A stretch of DNA of 53,753 nucleotides, counting the filler, from Jimgerdemannia flammicorona (Eukaryota), in NCBI GenBank assembly GCA_003990765.1. It is 3 parts of 3 records of this genome, joined end to end, with 100 filler letters (N's around TTAATTAATTAA, not from the genome) between each part and the next. Parts side by side here need not be neighbours in the genome. Positions count along the whole stretch, not along the records: positions 17,955 to 35,806 come from RBNJ01002384.1; positions 35,907 to 53,753 come from RBNJ01002385.1; 1 more part is not named here. One strand, 5' to 3'. The position numbers and the translations under genes were made by a program. Under the pieces are notes generated by a model that was not told the DNA's origin, made no database searches, and saw nothing but the letters and a program-made list of their open reading frames with translations. This document shows positions 26,036-37,789 of the stretch, one piece after another (the first letter of the stretch is position 1; each line of letters begins with the position of its first letter).

Positions 26036-28030
26036 TTGGTGACATCACCCTTTCTTTTGTTCATTTCACTCTTGTATTTTTTTTTCTGCCACACTTTGAT
26101 AACATCACCCTTTCCTTTGTTCCCTCTCTTTTCTTTGTTCTTTTTCTTTGTTCTTTCCTGCTGCATCATGAGCAAACAAAACAGCAGCCCTTAATTCATA
26201 CATTGGTTCAGTCTACTCATTTTTCACCCTGCAATGATCATCAAAAGAGGGAGTATTCGAGGTGGAAACATACTCTCTGCTGACAATGTTAGATTCTTTC
26301 TCATATAGACAGCACACAAGCTGCTCATCGAGAGCCAAAGGGGTGATGGTGGTGGCAGTGACGATGGCAATGGTGGGGATGAGGGAGAATTTCAGCAACA
26401 ACTTATGGCAGCCCTTTGGACCTCGGAATTCACAGACCTCACAGCTATGTATGCGGCAGCCTTTTTGGAGCAGCCAATAGTATATGTAGGTTGCTCACTC
26501 GGCCGCCACTTGTTTACTTGTGTTTATTTAAACTTTCCCAGTATGACCCAATTTACCTCATACTTTTCTTAGGGTCAACAGCTCTACAGCGAGATCTGCC
26601 AATTTTATTTGCAACATTTGGTCAAGATGAAGAAAGGCTGATAGATGTTGCGGGGCATGTCTTTGGTGGCTGAGCTGTTGAGTCAATGCATTGTATGGTG
26701 GAGGTCTCAAAAGGAATAGAAGCAAGCCTTCATGAGTAATTCTTGTGCAACTTGTGCAACTTGTCAGCATGCAACTTGTCAGTATGCAGCTCACTCACTC
26801 ATGCTCTTTTTCTGAAATACCCATCTCTGTGTTTTATTTAATTTCATTTTTACATGGTCTCCCCCTAAAAAACACCCACACCCACATACAACTCACATAC
26901 AATCCATCCACATGCAACCCACCTGCACACAACCTGCCCACATACAACCTACCTGCAACTCGCCCACACACAACCCACCCACATGCAATCTGTCTGCATA
27001 CTTATCTTGGTCCCTCAGATCAGGGCTCAGTTCTATTGGAAAGGAGAGTTCAAAGTTACCCAAGTTCAACCACATCCAGCATCTGATCAAATAGAGAAAT
27101 TTGAGGGCAAGATGTTCAGCATGAGCAGTACCAGCATTATTATCAAGGCTTGGGGGTCTACATTTGAATCAGAGCCAATCGTACTTGACCAAGGGGTCCA
27201 TTGGCCAGCAGGAGTAACCAAAGATGAAGAGAGCCATATCTTTATTAACGAACACAGAGAGGTGGTTGCAATGGTGGTAAGGAACCTCTACGGCGAAGAG
27301 CTTTATTGCCACATCAACGAGATTTGCAAGAATTGTGTCAAATACTGGGTGGCAGGAAAGAGGGGGTAAAAAAAGCAAGGAGGGGGGGTTTGGATGGGAA
27401 TTGGATATACTGTAACACTGGCGAAGGGTTGGTTCCGGAGTTCTGAAATCCCCCACACTCGTCTCCCTTTTTTTTTAACCCCTTCTCAGATAAATCACAC
27501 TCTTTGCCAACATACTCTTTTTTGATACAATTCCAGAGATGCACAAGATTCTGTACCCCTACCAGAACTTTAGAAGTACTGTTGAAGAGCAAACTGCATG
27601 TGAGCATGACATGGTCTGTGCAGTGATGGCGGCTATGATCTGGGGTTCTTTGAGCAGATTGGTAGAGCATATGGCAGACCAGCTTGGTGGTGATCTTAGT
27701 ATGGCTGTACATACATTCTTAGCATAATTTAGCATGCCATATGAGGTGAGGAGCTCCGCTTTTTTGGAGTGCTGCAGCCCGGGGGGTTTCTGTGGCCTGG
27801 GGGGTTTCTGCCCCCCTGAATGCAAAATTGACTGACTGGTTGCCATTCGTTTTGGCAGGTTTCCAAGCTGGGGCTCCCGGGGCTGGACCAAGGGCAGGCA
27901 TCCACCAGCACAGCCTGGCAGTATGAGGTTCTGGGCCAAGGATTCACCAACCATATGCTTGCATCACATCAGGATATGTTGGGCACAACCTTTCTCTGCC
28001 CACACACACAGACAACAATGTTACTCTGGT

Positions 28031-30059
28031 TGTAAGAGGGTTGCTTTTTAGGGTAACCATTATGTAGTTCTGGAAAGGTTTTCTGGATATTCTGGATGTT
28101 CTGGAAGACCGTTTTCTTATGGTTAAGATCAATTTCGTATGGAGTACGTCCTCTACACTTATTGATTTCAAGATCGGGTTGACGTCTCAACTAAAGTCCT
28201 TTTTTGGACTAGTTCTGGATATTCAGGATTTTCTGTATTTCAGGAAGTTCAAGAAACTAAGACCAACTTAGTTAAATTGGCATATCGCTGCAGACAATAC
28301 CCAATTAGGAAATTTTGTGATGGAGTTAGGAGTAGGACCTAACAGGGAGCGGATTTACTTAAGAGTGGTTTGTGGGTTATGGAATAGGTTTATTTGCTAT
28401 TCATGATATTGCTATACTAGGAGTATTTGTGTGAAGGGGTATCATGGGGAAGTATTCAGGAATGTTCTTGTGTGTTCAAGTCTGAGATTCTGAGGTCTGG
28501 GGGAGGGGGTATTTATACTAGTGAGGGGCTATCTGGACTATGCTAGATATGGATGTAGCACTAAGTGCCTTGCTGAGTCGGAATGCAGTCACGTAGTACA
28601 AGTGTGATCTGGCATGTCAAGAGATCGTCTGACTGCTGTATCAGTTCACAGTCATGTCATACAATGCTAATCTAACTATACTATGACTGCTAGGCTATTT
28701 ATGGGTTTAGGTGCTATCTGGGTAGTCTTCAATGACATCACCATCGATTGCATTATCTCTGATGAAGTAGTTGTCTAGGAAGAGTGGTTCATGGATTACT
28801 TCTCCTTGTTCGCTGAGATAGTAATACATTGGGACTTCGTCTCTGTCTCACAGGATAGCATCGTCTGTCTCGTAGGCTGGATAAGGTGTTGGTGGACAAA
28901 GGATGGGTGTATTGTCTTCGCTTTTGTCAGATTCACTATCTGCGTACCTTCTATAGGTTACAGCACTATGAGTTGCAGGATTGTAGTAAGCTGGCAGCTG
29001 TGATTCATGTCGCTCATACTCAGGTGGTGGAGTGGTTGGTTCAATCTCGAGGGTTGTCTGGAGGTACAGGTTGTGTTCTCCAGTCTCTTCATTGTAGTTG
29101 AAGTAATCAGGGGTGAACACAGGTTGGTATTCGTGCCAGTGGTCATTGTCCCAATAAGTCTCGTATGCAGTTATGAACTGTTGTAAGTTCATCGGCAAGG
29201 TTGGCGGAGTGATCAAGGTTGGCAGAGATTCTTGGCTAGAGGTCATGTCAGCATCAGAGGGATCATTGTCTTCTGCTTCGTCTTCATCGAAGTGGATTAT
29301 GTCATAGACATCCTTCATGGCATATCCAACTTGAGGCATTTGCAGGATGTGATCATTGGGGTGTGGAAAGGTTCTGTCTGTGGTTTCGACATACTCGAGG
29401 TACTTGTGGTTGAGTTCTTGTATCATCTCGTCGATTTGGCCATAGGACAGAGTAGCAACCATTTCGCTGGTAGTAACTCGGAGGCGGGGAATAAAGGTGC
29501 TATACTCATAAAAGAGTTCTCGATGTTTGCGGGCGATGAGCTTCTGGTGTTGAGACATCTGGGTGATGTCTGTATTGTTGTGGTGTTTGACCATATCTTC
29601 CAGGAGGTGGCTGATCTGATAGTAGCTTGAGATTTGTCCAATTCGGTGGGCCTCGCTAAGCATGTTCAGGGCATTCCATCAGGCTTCCATGAAGTAGAGG
29701 GGTGCCAGGCTATGGATATTCATGAGGGGCAGAGGGGGTGTAGCTCAGTTGACAATGGAATTCCAAATGTCAGCATGGATGTGGTTGTAGATCTCAGTGG
29801 TCATGTTTGTGTGTTTAGAAGTTGTGGTTGTTGTTTGTTTTGATTCTCTGATTCGACGCATCTTGGTGCTTGGTATATATGCATTTGGTCCTGATTGGTA
29901 AGATTCCATTTGTATAAATCTTGTGTTCCGTGACTTCGTATTGACTCAGCTTTGTGCCTGTGACTTCGGTTTGACTCAGCTTCGTGATCAAGCAGGTGAT
30001 TTTCAGATTTGTTCAGAGGTCGCATGTAATTTCGGTGGCTTGGAGGTTGTGCACTTATA
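28031..30059 (-). mobile_element. Ty3-type solo LTR (2029 bp) containing an ORF
   Basis: TGTAAG...CTTATA (decayed CTTACA). 5-bp TSD CTGGT at 28026-28030 and 30060-30064. Minus-strand TATAAATA near 28510 and AATAAA near 28390. Confidence 0.88.
28848..29804 (-). pseudogene. LTR-embedded accessory ORF, unknown function
   Basis: A 271-aa open frame extends upstream to ATG 29804 through two TGA codons that plausibly derive from CGA. Acidic, Pro/Tyr-rich C-terminus. Confidence 0.75.
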
Positions 30060-30539
30060 CTGGTAATATTTTACATCCCAGAAAGGAAGGGCCCAATCTG
30101 GGAGGATAGCGGCAGAGTCTGGTATGACCTCACCTATGGTTTCAGGGTCCCGTTTGCGGCCAACACAGTCATCCTATTCCAACCACATGACCACCACAGC
30201 ACTGTCGCCTTCGAGGAGAGCTCAGACATGACAGTCGTTGCACTCACAATGGATGACAGGCTCATCAAGGCCTGGGACCAGTGGGTGGAGCAGTTTTTGT
30301 GAGGGTTAGGCAATCTTTCGTGAGGGTTAGACAGCCATTTTGTGCAGGTTGGGTAGTCTTACATGGTGGGGTTGGGCCGGGCGCCTCTTATGTAGCACTA
30401 GTTTAGCTATTATGCAGGGCCCTACTGGCCGGGGTGCCTGTGAGACCTGAACTGGCAACTTCAACTACTGGAAATGCCCTCTGACTGCCAGAAGCACCCT
30501 CCAACCACCAGAAGCACTCTCCACCCCGGACTCCTAGGT

Positions 30540-31030
30540 GGCTTAGGGCTGCCCCTATGCTGCTGGTAGAGGGCTGCAAATTTTGCACACTCCCTCCACC
30601 TGCCCCGCCCATCCTGGACACTTGTGGCTTGGGGCAGCCCCTTACTGCCGGCAGAGGGCTGCAAATTTTTGTGCACTCCCTCTGCTGACCTCATACCTGC
30701 CAACTGACCCTGCCCACTGACCCGGGCACTGACAGCTTGGGGCTGCCCCTTGCTGCTGGTGAAGGGCCGCAAATTTTGCATGCTCCCTCCACTTACCCCC
30801 CCAATCTGGACACTTGTGGCTTGGGGCTGCCCCTTGCTGCCGGTGGAGGGCTGCAAATTTTGTGTGCTCCCTCCACTGACCCGCCCACTGCCTACTGCCC
30901 ACTGACCCACTAACTCACCCACCGACCCACCCACCAACCTGGGCACTAGCAGCTTAGGGCTGCCCCTTGCTGCTGGCTGAGGGCTGCAAATATTGCATAC
31001 TCCCTCCACTGCCGCCGCCAACTCTGCCCC
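30540..31030. repeat. GC-rich minisatellite inside the hAT
   Basis: About five units with core GGGCTGCCCCTTGCTGCYGGTGGAGGGCTGCAAATTTTG...CTCCCTCCAC. Confidence 0.85.
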
Positions 31031-31144
31031 ACTTTGGCCACAAACTCCAGGCCAAGTCCTCAGGTTTTTTTTTCCTTTTTATTATTTTGAAAGGTATTAA
31101 ATATTCCACAAGGCCAACCAACTTATCTATGGACCCACTGAATT

Positions 31145-33690
31145 TTAGTGGCCCGAGCCCCACCAAGACTTCAGACACATACATGCCTAGATTGTCTCAG
31201 CATTCAGTACACACCTCTTTGAGGCAACGAGGTCCACCCCACCTGAGAACACCTGCTCGATGGGAGTGCTGGAGGCAGGAATTGCCAGGTAGTCCCAAGC
31301 TATACCACACAGGCTGGGGAAGTCCATTTGATACAGCTGCATGCCCTGGTGGGTAGAGTGGTGGTTAGATTGGTGGGTTCAATTGGCCCAACACCCGCCT
31401 GACAACCCACCTTCCACCAGTTGAGCACCTCCATGCCCTCCAGCAGGACCATGCAGTTGCTGGCAAGATAAATGGTAAGTTCATCTATTGATGGCAGCTC
31501 TTCCACTGATGGCTCCCTCTTCCTCTTTCTGCTAAAGTAAATGTGGGACAGAAGGGATCTCTCAGCATATTCATCCAGACTTTGGCCGGAACCTTGCAGC
31601 AGTGTATAGTTTTTCCGGTACACTTCAATTACAGCCTGCTTGGTTCTCTCAATGAAGTACTGCTCCCAGCCCTGATCTTTATAGTATTGTAGCTTTAAGC
31701 ATGGGTCCAGTACTGTTCGAAGAAAAGGAGAGTGAGTTTTTGTGGGGTTTCCTCTGTTTTGGAAGGGGCAATGGCCATATGCTGACATCAACATACCTGT
31801 ACTGATTGAGTATACAGCGGTATCTGTTTGGGAGTAGTATTTTCTAAGCTTGCTTAGAGCAACCTCCACAGCATCTCTCTGATCCAGGCTTAACCGTAAA
31901 TCACCGCAACCCTCCAGCCTCTCCTCGAGCTTATCCTCTAGCCAGTCAATCAGAAGGTTGTATATCGATATTGCAGAGCTTATTGTCGGGGTCGTTTGTT
32001 TGACTATATCCTTCATACAATCGTCGAAACACTGGCAGTTATATGTGGTGAGGTGTTGTATTGTGCGGAGGCAGACAAAACGAGTATAGAGCCAGGGCAA
32101 CCACTACTTACTTCCAAAACTCTGACAACATTCCTAAGTATGTCCCACTTACTTTCACCTAGAGCCTTGGCCCATATTTCCTTGTCGGCAGCCATCATTG
32201 AATCTATTGGCTTTTTTTTTTTTTTTTTTTTTAAAAATAAATCTTCCATTATCCGAAACAGTTGCTTCAGCCGACTGAAGAAAAAAAGGATGCATATCAC
32301 AGCAAACTCCAGCGCATGCTGGATTATTGCAAATGATGAGTTCTAATGTGTACAGATGTCCAATATAAGCTCTTTCAGGGCTAAACTGATTGCCCTACAC
32401 TGTGCAGCGATTTTGTCTCATCATTGTGGGGATGATTGGACTGACACAATCAGTTTGCTTAGCTTGGAAATTATACTCAGGGCCCCTCCTCTCTCAGATG
32501 TTTTGTCTATGTGCGTAAGATAGTTCTGAACAGCGAGGTTCAGTACATGGGCCTGGCATCGCACATGGCAGCTTTCTGCACTGAAGGCCATGTTTTCCTG
32601 TTTGAGGCTGGCCGCTAAAACTTGGAAAAATATTGAGTTATTTGTGGCATTGTCTATCATAATGGCCAAAATCTGTACTTGAAATATTTGGTTGACAAAT
32701 TTATGTGAAAATAAGTAACCAATAAAAATCTGGTTTGGTTTAGGACCTCTCTCAAAATACTGACCTGATGGCAAGCCCCCCTTTTTTACCTTAGTGGTGA
32801 TCCCAAGCTCCCGGATACAACTAATAAAAGTATCTGTGATATTGTCTCCAGAATGAGGGCCAGCAAGTTTGACGAAGTCAAGGGTGAGAGATTTAAGCTA
32901 CCAATCGAGGTCAATCTAATGACCAGTAATGCCCAGAAATGAAATTGCATTAGGGGATGTCCATGTGTCGATCATAAATGAAATTTTGCCTGCCGAATTC
33001 TGCTTATTGAATGTGAGGTTAAATTGGTGAGCTCTTTTATATAATTCAGCTTGCAAAGGTCATGGTGCTGCCCTTATTTTACCTGAAGTGTCTGGTGAAG
33101 ATTGTTATACTCCTTCCTATAGGCCTCCAGGACATCTTTGCGAATAGTATTGGCACTTGGCAAATATATATCATGCTTGAGGAGGCCAAAGATGCTATGC
33201 AATTGATCACTCTCGATAGTTGTGAATGGCTGGTCTGTGCACACAATCTAGTGAATGAGCTGATTTCGAAATTCTGCTAAAGAGTATGGCTAAATATTTT
33301 TGATTAAATGGCATTATTGGTACAGAAATGGTCAAGCAATCAGATAAACATACCCACTACAGCTTGGATGTTGATTTTATTTGTCTCTGTGTTCTTTTTG
33401 ATTTTGTCAGAGTGTTTGTCTTTTATGTGTTGATTCATGTTCGAAGTTGTACCCCCAAGCATTTTGAACTTCTGGCTGGTGCAGTTCATGGGGGTGGATG
33501 AAACAATATCATGTATGTGTCAAAACAAAGTGTCAATAGGTGTATCTTAATTTTTTACCTGCATGGAAGGTGTGGAACTATCAGGGATATTTGACTTGAA
33601 GCATCATCGGTACTATGAACTGTTGAAGACTGATCTGTTGACATGTGTGTTTGCATGTATGTGTGTTGTGTTGTGGACACATCTGGCATA
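31145..33690 (-). pseudogene. Multi-exon hAT transposase (BED finger, DDE, dimerisation domain)
   Basis: TTSNMNQHIKDKH, DTWTSPN, IDNATNN, RCQAHVLNLAVQ, VLDP, LNWWK, DYLAIPASSTPIEQVFS. Several GT-AG introns and a few stops. Confidence 0.92.
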
Positions 33691-33699
33691 TGAGTCATG

Positions 33700-34105
33700 T
33701 GGAGGATTTGGATTGGAGGATTCAGTTGAAGGATTCGGATGAGGATTCGGATTGAAGGATTCAAATTGGAGGATTCAAATTGGAGGATTCAAATTGGAGG
33801 ATTCGAATTGGAGGATTTGAATTGAGTGATTCAGATTGAGTGATTCAAATTGAGTGATTCGAATTGAGTGATTTGGATTGGGGTGGTTCAGATGGGTGAT
33901 TCAGATGGATGATTCAGATGGGGCGATTCAGATTGAGTGATTTGGATTGAGTGATTCGGATTGGAGTGGTTCAGATAGGTGATTCGGATGGGGCAATTTG
34001 GATGGGGTGATTCAGATTAAATCTGAGTTGATTCGGATGGCTTCAGATTTGAGATTCGAATCAAACCATCATGTGATGAATTGAATCTGGATTTGATTTG
34101 AATTG
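33700..34105. repeat. hAT right subterminal repeat array
   Basis: Tandem GATTCRRATTGRRK-like units of 12-14 bp. Confidence 0.9.
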
Positions 34106-34122
34106 ACTTGTTTGGAGCACTA

Positions 34123-34614
34123 TTCCTCAGTATTCTTCTCCAGCCTTACTACCTCATCAGCCTCTGGACATTCCCAATGAACATTTGCCACTCCTGCTAT
34201 GTAAACATCCTCTAACTGGGTCTCTGATACTACCTCAACAATATCCTCAAAGCCCCCTTTGCCCATCTCCTCCCTATCAGCCCACTTCTCCTTCACTGGC
34301 ACATGAGCAGAGGTCTCCACACCCCTCAGCTATGAAAAAGACACCTCAGCTATCTCCACCTCCTCCATCTGACTCTTGGCCATTTCTACATACACTTCCT
34401 CCTCCATTTGTGCATCTTGGAGGACTGTCTGCAGTTGTTCCCAGTTTGCCTTCTGCTATCTCTTCCTCCTCTCTTTGGTCAGAATCCAAATCCAGTCCTT
34501 AGCAAACTCCTCCCATCTCCTCTTCCTAAGTTCCTTTGCAGTCTCTCTCTCCTCTAGGGCAAGTAACAATTCCTCCTCCTCCTGCTCAGATCCTTTCCTT
34601 CTCTATACCTTACA
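34123..34614 (-). mobile_element. Continuation of LINE copy 2 ORF1
   Basis: Resumes after the TSD, with the same purine-rich minus-strand composition. Cut by the next poly(T). Confidence 0.75.
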
Positions 34615-35792
34615 TTTTTTTTTTTTTTTATAGTCACTTGGACTCCTTTATTATCCAATAGCCTAATATAACAATGAATCTATCTAATAGCTATTATATA
34701 TCCAAGGCACAGAGCAGGGCCTATCAGCCCACACCTTCTCTCTACCATACCCCTCCATCATCTAGTACTAGGAGACTGTGACCCCTCTGCACAATGTCCT
34801 GTACCTTTCTCATGGCTTCTAACTGATGCCTCTTTCCCTGAAACCACTACCCTTGCACCACTTCCAAAAGCAACCATCTCCACTGCTCCACCCAATTCAC
34901 CAATTCTCATCTAGGGATCCTTCTCGAACACCCATCTCCAGTTCACCACCATCAGGACCCAGATATCAAGAATACAGCCCAAGCCTCCCCACATATCTCC
35001 AATCTCTCCAACCAGTTGCCATTTGATCACTGGCCCAGTGGCACCCTCTGGTCACCCACCTTCATGACCCCAATATCTCTCCAATACCTGCCAATACCCT
35101 TCAACTCCTGGACATGCCACCAATACATGTTCTGGTGTCTGCACCATACTACCATCTATCTTATAACACCACTCACACTCTCTTACACCTTCTGCATCCA
35201 TCCATCCTGTCTGGTACCCCAACATTACATTCCTCCTCAAGAATCTTCACCATACTACTCAGAACTTAGATAGAACTACCTTGAGCAAGATGTCCCCCCA
35301 TCACCATATCTGGCCTCACTCCCAATCTTCACCAAACCCAGCCTTCTGCCAACCACCTCTCCAGTGGGCCTGTTCTGATCTATTCCATTGCTCCAGACAG
35401 AGAGTATTCTGCCAACTGGTGGCCACTAATATAAAGATCTCCTAGACACTACCATTTCTGCTCCAGGTCTTCCTTAGTATCTGGCTCTGAACCCATAAGT
35501 CCCATAGCCAGCCAGGCCTCTACAATATCCCACCAGAACCCCTTATACTGTAATCTACTGACTCTACTCACCCAAAGTAGACCCCACATATCCTTTCTAG
35601 CCTCACCATAGGGGCAGAACCTAACCTCCCAATTGTCCATGGCCAGTCTGCCCTAACCATCAATATCTAATTCCACCAATCAACATCTCCACCTGCCTCA
35701 AAGCACCTTCAACTATCTTTAAAAGTCCACCAACCCCAAACTACCATTCAATATCTACATCACTACTGTCTCTCAACTAATCTGTGGTCACC
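34615..35792 (-). mobile_element. L1/Tx1-like LINE copy 3, 3' end
   Basis: Poly(T) at 34615-34629, then close similarity to 21639-22800. Confidence 0.9.
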
Positions 35793-35806
35793 TTTTTTTT
35801 TTTTTT

Positions 35807-35906
35807 NNNNNNNNNNNNNNNNNNNNNNNNNNNNNNNNNNNNNNNNNNNNTTAATTAATTAANNNNNNNNNNNNNNNNNNNNNNNNNNNNNNNNNNNNNN
35901 NNNNNN
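35807..35906. other. Assembly gap with artificial linker
   Basis: 100 bp of N with a central TTAATTAATTAA. Confidence 0.95.
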
Positions 35907-36113
35907 GATAGGCTTTATTAAGGGCTTTCAAATGACACCAAGATCATCAAATTTGGATGATTATTCATCAAATTATTGATGTAAACATTTAATTGTCTAA
36001 TTTGGAAATCAAAACAATGGTTGATTCGAATCCGATTCGAATCCATCCGGATGGGATTCAATCCGAATCAATCCGAATCCAATCCGGATTAAATTGACTC
36101 GTTAGGAGCACTA
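35907..36113. mobile_element. End of a young hAT-family non-autonomous element
   Basis: CpG-retaining ATCCGAATC repeats ending in GGAGCACTA. 35915-36020 resembles 53225-53335. A second decayed end, GAGTACTA, lies at 36250. Confidence 0.75.
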
Positions 36114-36260
36114 ATAAGGCATATTAAATAAGCTAAAATTTATTATATTTAGATATATTTGATTGAGTTATTGAATTTTGAAAAATTAGATTTAAATTGG
36201 ACTTTAAATCAAATTAACTCTTAATTTAATTTAATTAATTCTGAGTACTACTATAGATAT

Positions 36261-37789
36261 TGTCATGTAGTGGTTGCTGAGTCCTTCAAATATACCAGAT
36301 TCTTTTCAAGGTATATCTCTTAGACTAACTCAAGTTTGTTATAAGCAAGTCCTTATTAGAGTGCCTTCCTAAGGTCTTATAGTTCTCAAACTTCTTATCT
36401 TTAAACTATCTTGTTATCTCTTAGATTGCTTGTAAGGAAGTGTGTGTATTGCACTGAGAGGAACTGACTTTATTTCAGAGGAAATAAGAGGGGTATTTAT
36501 ACAAAATATAATTCAATGGTTGCTAAGATATAAAGCTAAATATAAATTCCAATAACTAAAATAAAATGCCAGAACAGGAAAAACTACTAAGTTCTAGAGT
36601 TGGTACTGATGGTTGTACAGATTCAGAATGCTGGTATAATTCAGTATTACATCAGAATACTAGTGCTGGCATTATTCAGTGTAACTAAGAGACTTAGAGC
36701 AGAATGTTCAGGACCATGGAGCTTCATCATCAGAGGTCAGGATGTCTTTAAAGGAGATGAGGTCTGCAAATTTATCATCATCACATAGGTCATATATTCC
36801 ATATACTTTGCATACTTTATATATTTTATTGTACATCTCATGTATGTTGTGCAGGATGATGTCATCGCCAATGACATCATCATATTCAGGAGGCCTGGGG
36901 CTCTCCAATCTATGAGGTTCTCTTCTATAAAATAGGGAACAAATGTGGGGTCTTGGAGAGATCTAATATAGATACTTGGGCCTTAGAATACTGAGATCAA
37001 TCCTTACAGGAATTGGTCTAGGTTGTCCTAGAGGATGGGATGCCAGAAGTCTTCTACTTCATCACTATTAAGAGTGATAGTGGATTGGGCTTCTGTAGCC
37101 ACCCTGGCTTCTAATGTATTGATATGGTGAGATGACAGATCTCTGAAGTCTGAGACTCTAACATACTCTAAGTTGGGGATCAACTATAGTGCATGCCTGA
37201 AGATCTGATGGATCCTCTTAGCTATCCTTGTTTTACATATATCTATGAGTGATATCTTGTAGCTCTTGAGGGCTGGCCTGTGGAAACTCCTGATAAAGGA
37301 GGTTTTCTATTTCATACTCCTGCCATATTTGGAGACATTCAGTAGCAATGGTGATCCTTGTTTCTATTTTACAGTGGTAGAGGATATAATGATAAGGATC
37401 ACCAGTACCCAGGTTGATACTAGGAGTCCTTCTTGAGTGGGTCCTTATGACTCTTCTGATGTCTTGAGACATCCTTTTTTCAACTGAGGTGTCTTGGTGG
37501 TTTCTTGACCTTGAGGTTTGGCAAGCAGCAGGCATTTTGTGGTAAGTCTTTGAGCTATTTTGGGATTGGTGGGTCTTGTTGGTTACTGTTATTGTAGGTT
37601 ACTGTTATTGTAGTTCCTTGATCCTTCTTTTATATTCCTCAAGATACTCATACTATGGTCACAATGACTCACAGTTGGTCATTATTGCTCATCTCATATG
37701 CTGTATGATCTTCTTGTACTTTGATCTAGTGGCTTGTGAGAAAAGGCTGTCTCCTGTGCTGATGTCATTATTCTGGGGTCACTATTATA
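36261..37789 (-). repeat. 3' LTR of Ty3 B (1529 bp)
   Basis: Direct repeat of 43487-44486 plus 50272-50831. Confidence 0.9.
36708..37472 (-). pseudogene. LTR-embedded accessory ORF of Ty3 B
   Basis: MSQDIRRVI...QIWQEYEIENLL...RIAKRIHQIFRH...IPNL with an acidic tail. Also present in the 5' LTR. Confidence 0.65.

Larger units (their letters stand above)
26168..30302 (+). pseudogene. Spliced cargo gene ending in a 2OG-Fe(II) dioxygenase domain, TET/JBP-like; disrupted
   Basis: Removing the solo LTR joins 27951-28030 to 30065-30302 in frame: PYACITSGYVGHNLSLPTHTDNNVTLVIFYIP...DLTYGFRVPFAANTVILFQPHDHHSTV...WVEQFL*. Upstream exon-like blocks with GT-AG introns (e.g. 27746-27858). The 5' boundary is uncertain. 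Confidence 0.65.
25822..34122 (-). mobile_element. Complete hAT DNA transposon with a cargo gene
   Basis: TIRs TAGTGCTCTGAACAA and (reverse complement) TAGTGCTCCAAACAA. Perfect 8-bp TSD TTCCTCAG at 25814-25821 and 34123-34130. Subterminal repeat arrays and an internal hAT transposase. Confidence 0.95.

Noticed and set aside
26745..27010. ORFs over TGCAAC/CAACC repeats
   Set aside because: Low-complexity sequence, most likely an intron of the cargo gene.
30403..31021. Minus-strand ORFs up to 186 aa
   Set aside because: Translations of the GC-rich minisatellite.
33700..34105. CRISPR-like or telomere-like array
   Set aside because: No unique spacers, and it lies next to a TIR as hAT subterminal repeats.
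25822..34122. Higher CpG retention in the hAT as proof of TET-like protection
   Set aside because: The hAT is younger than the LINE it sits in, so age alone can explain it.
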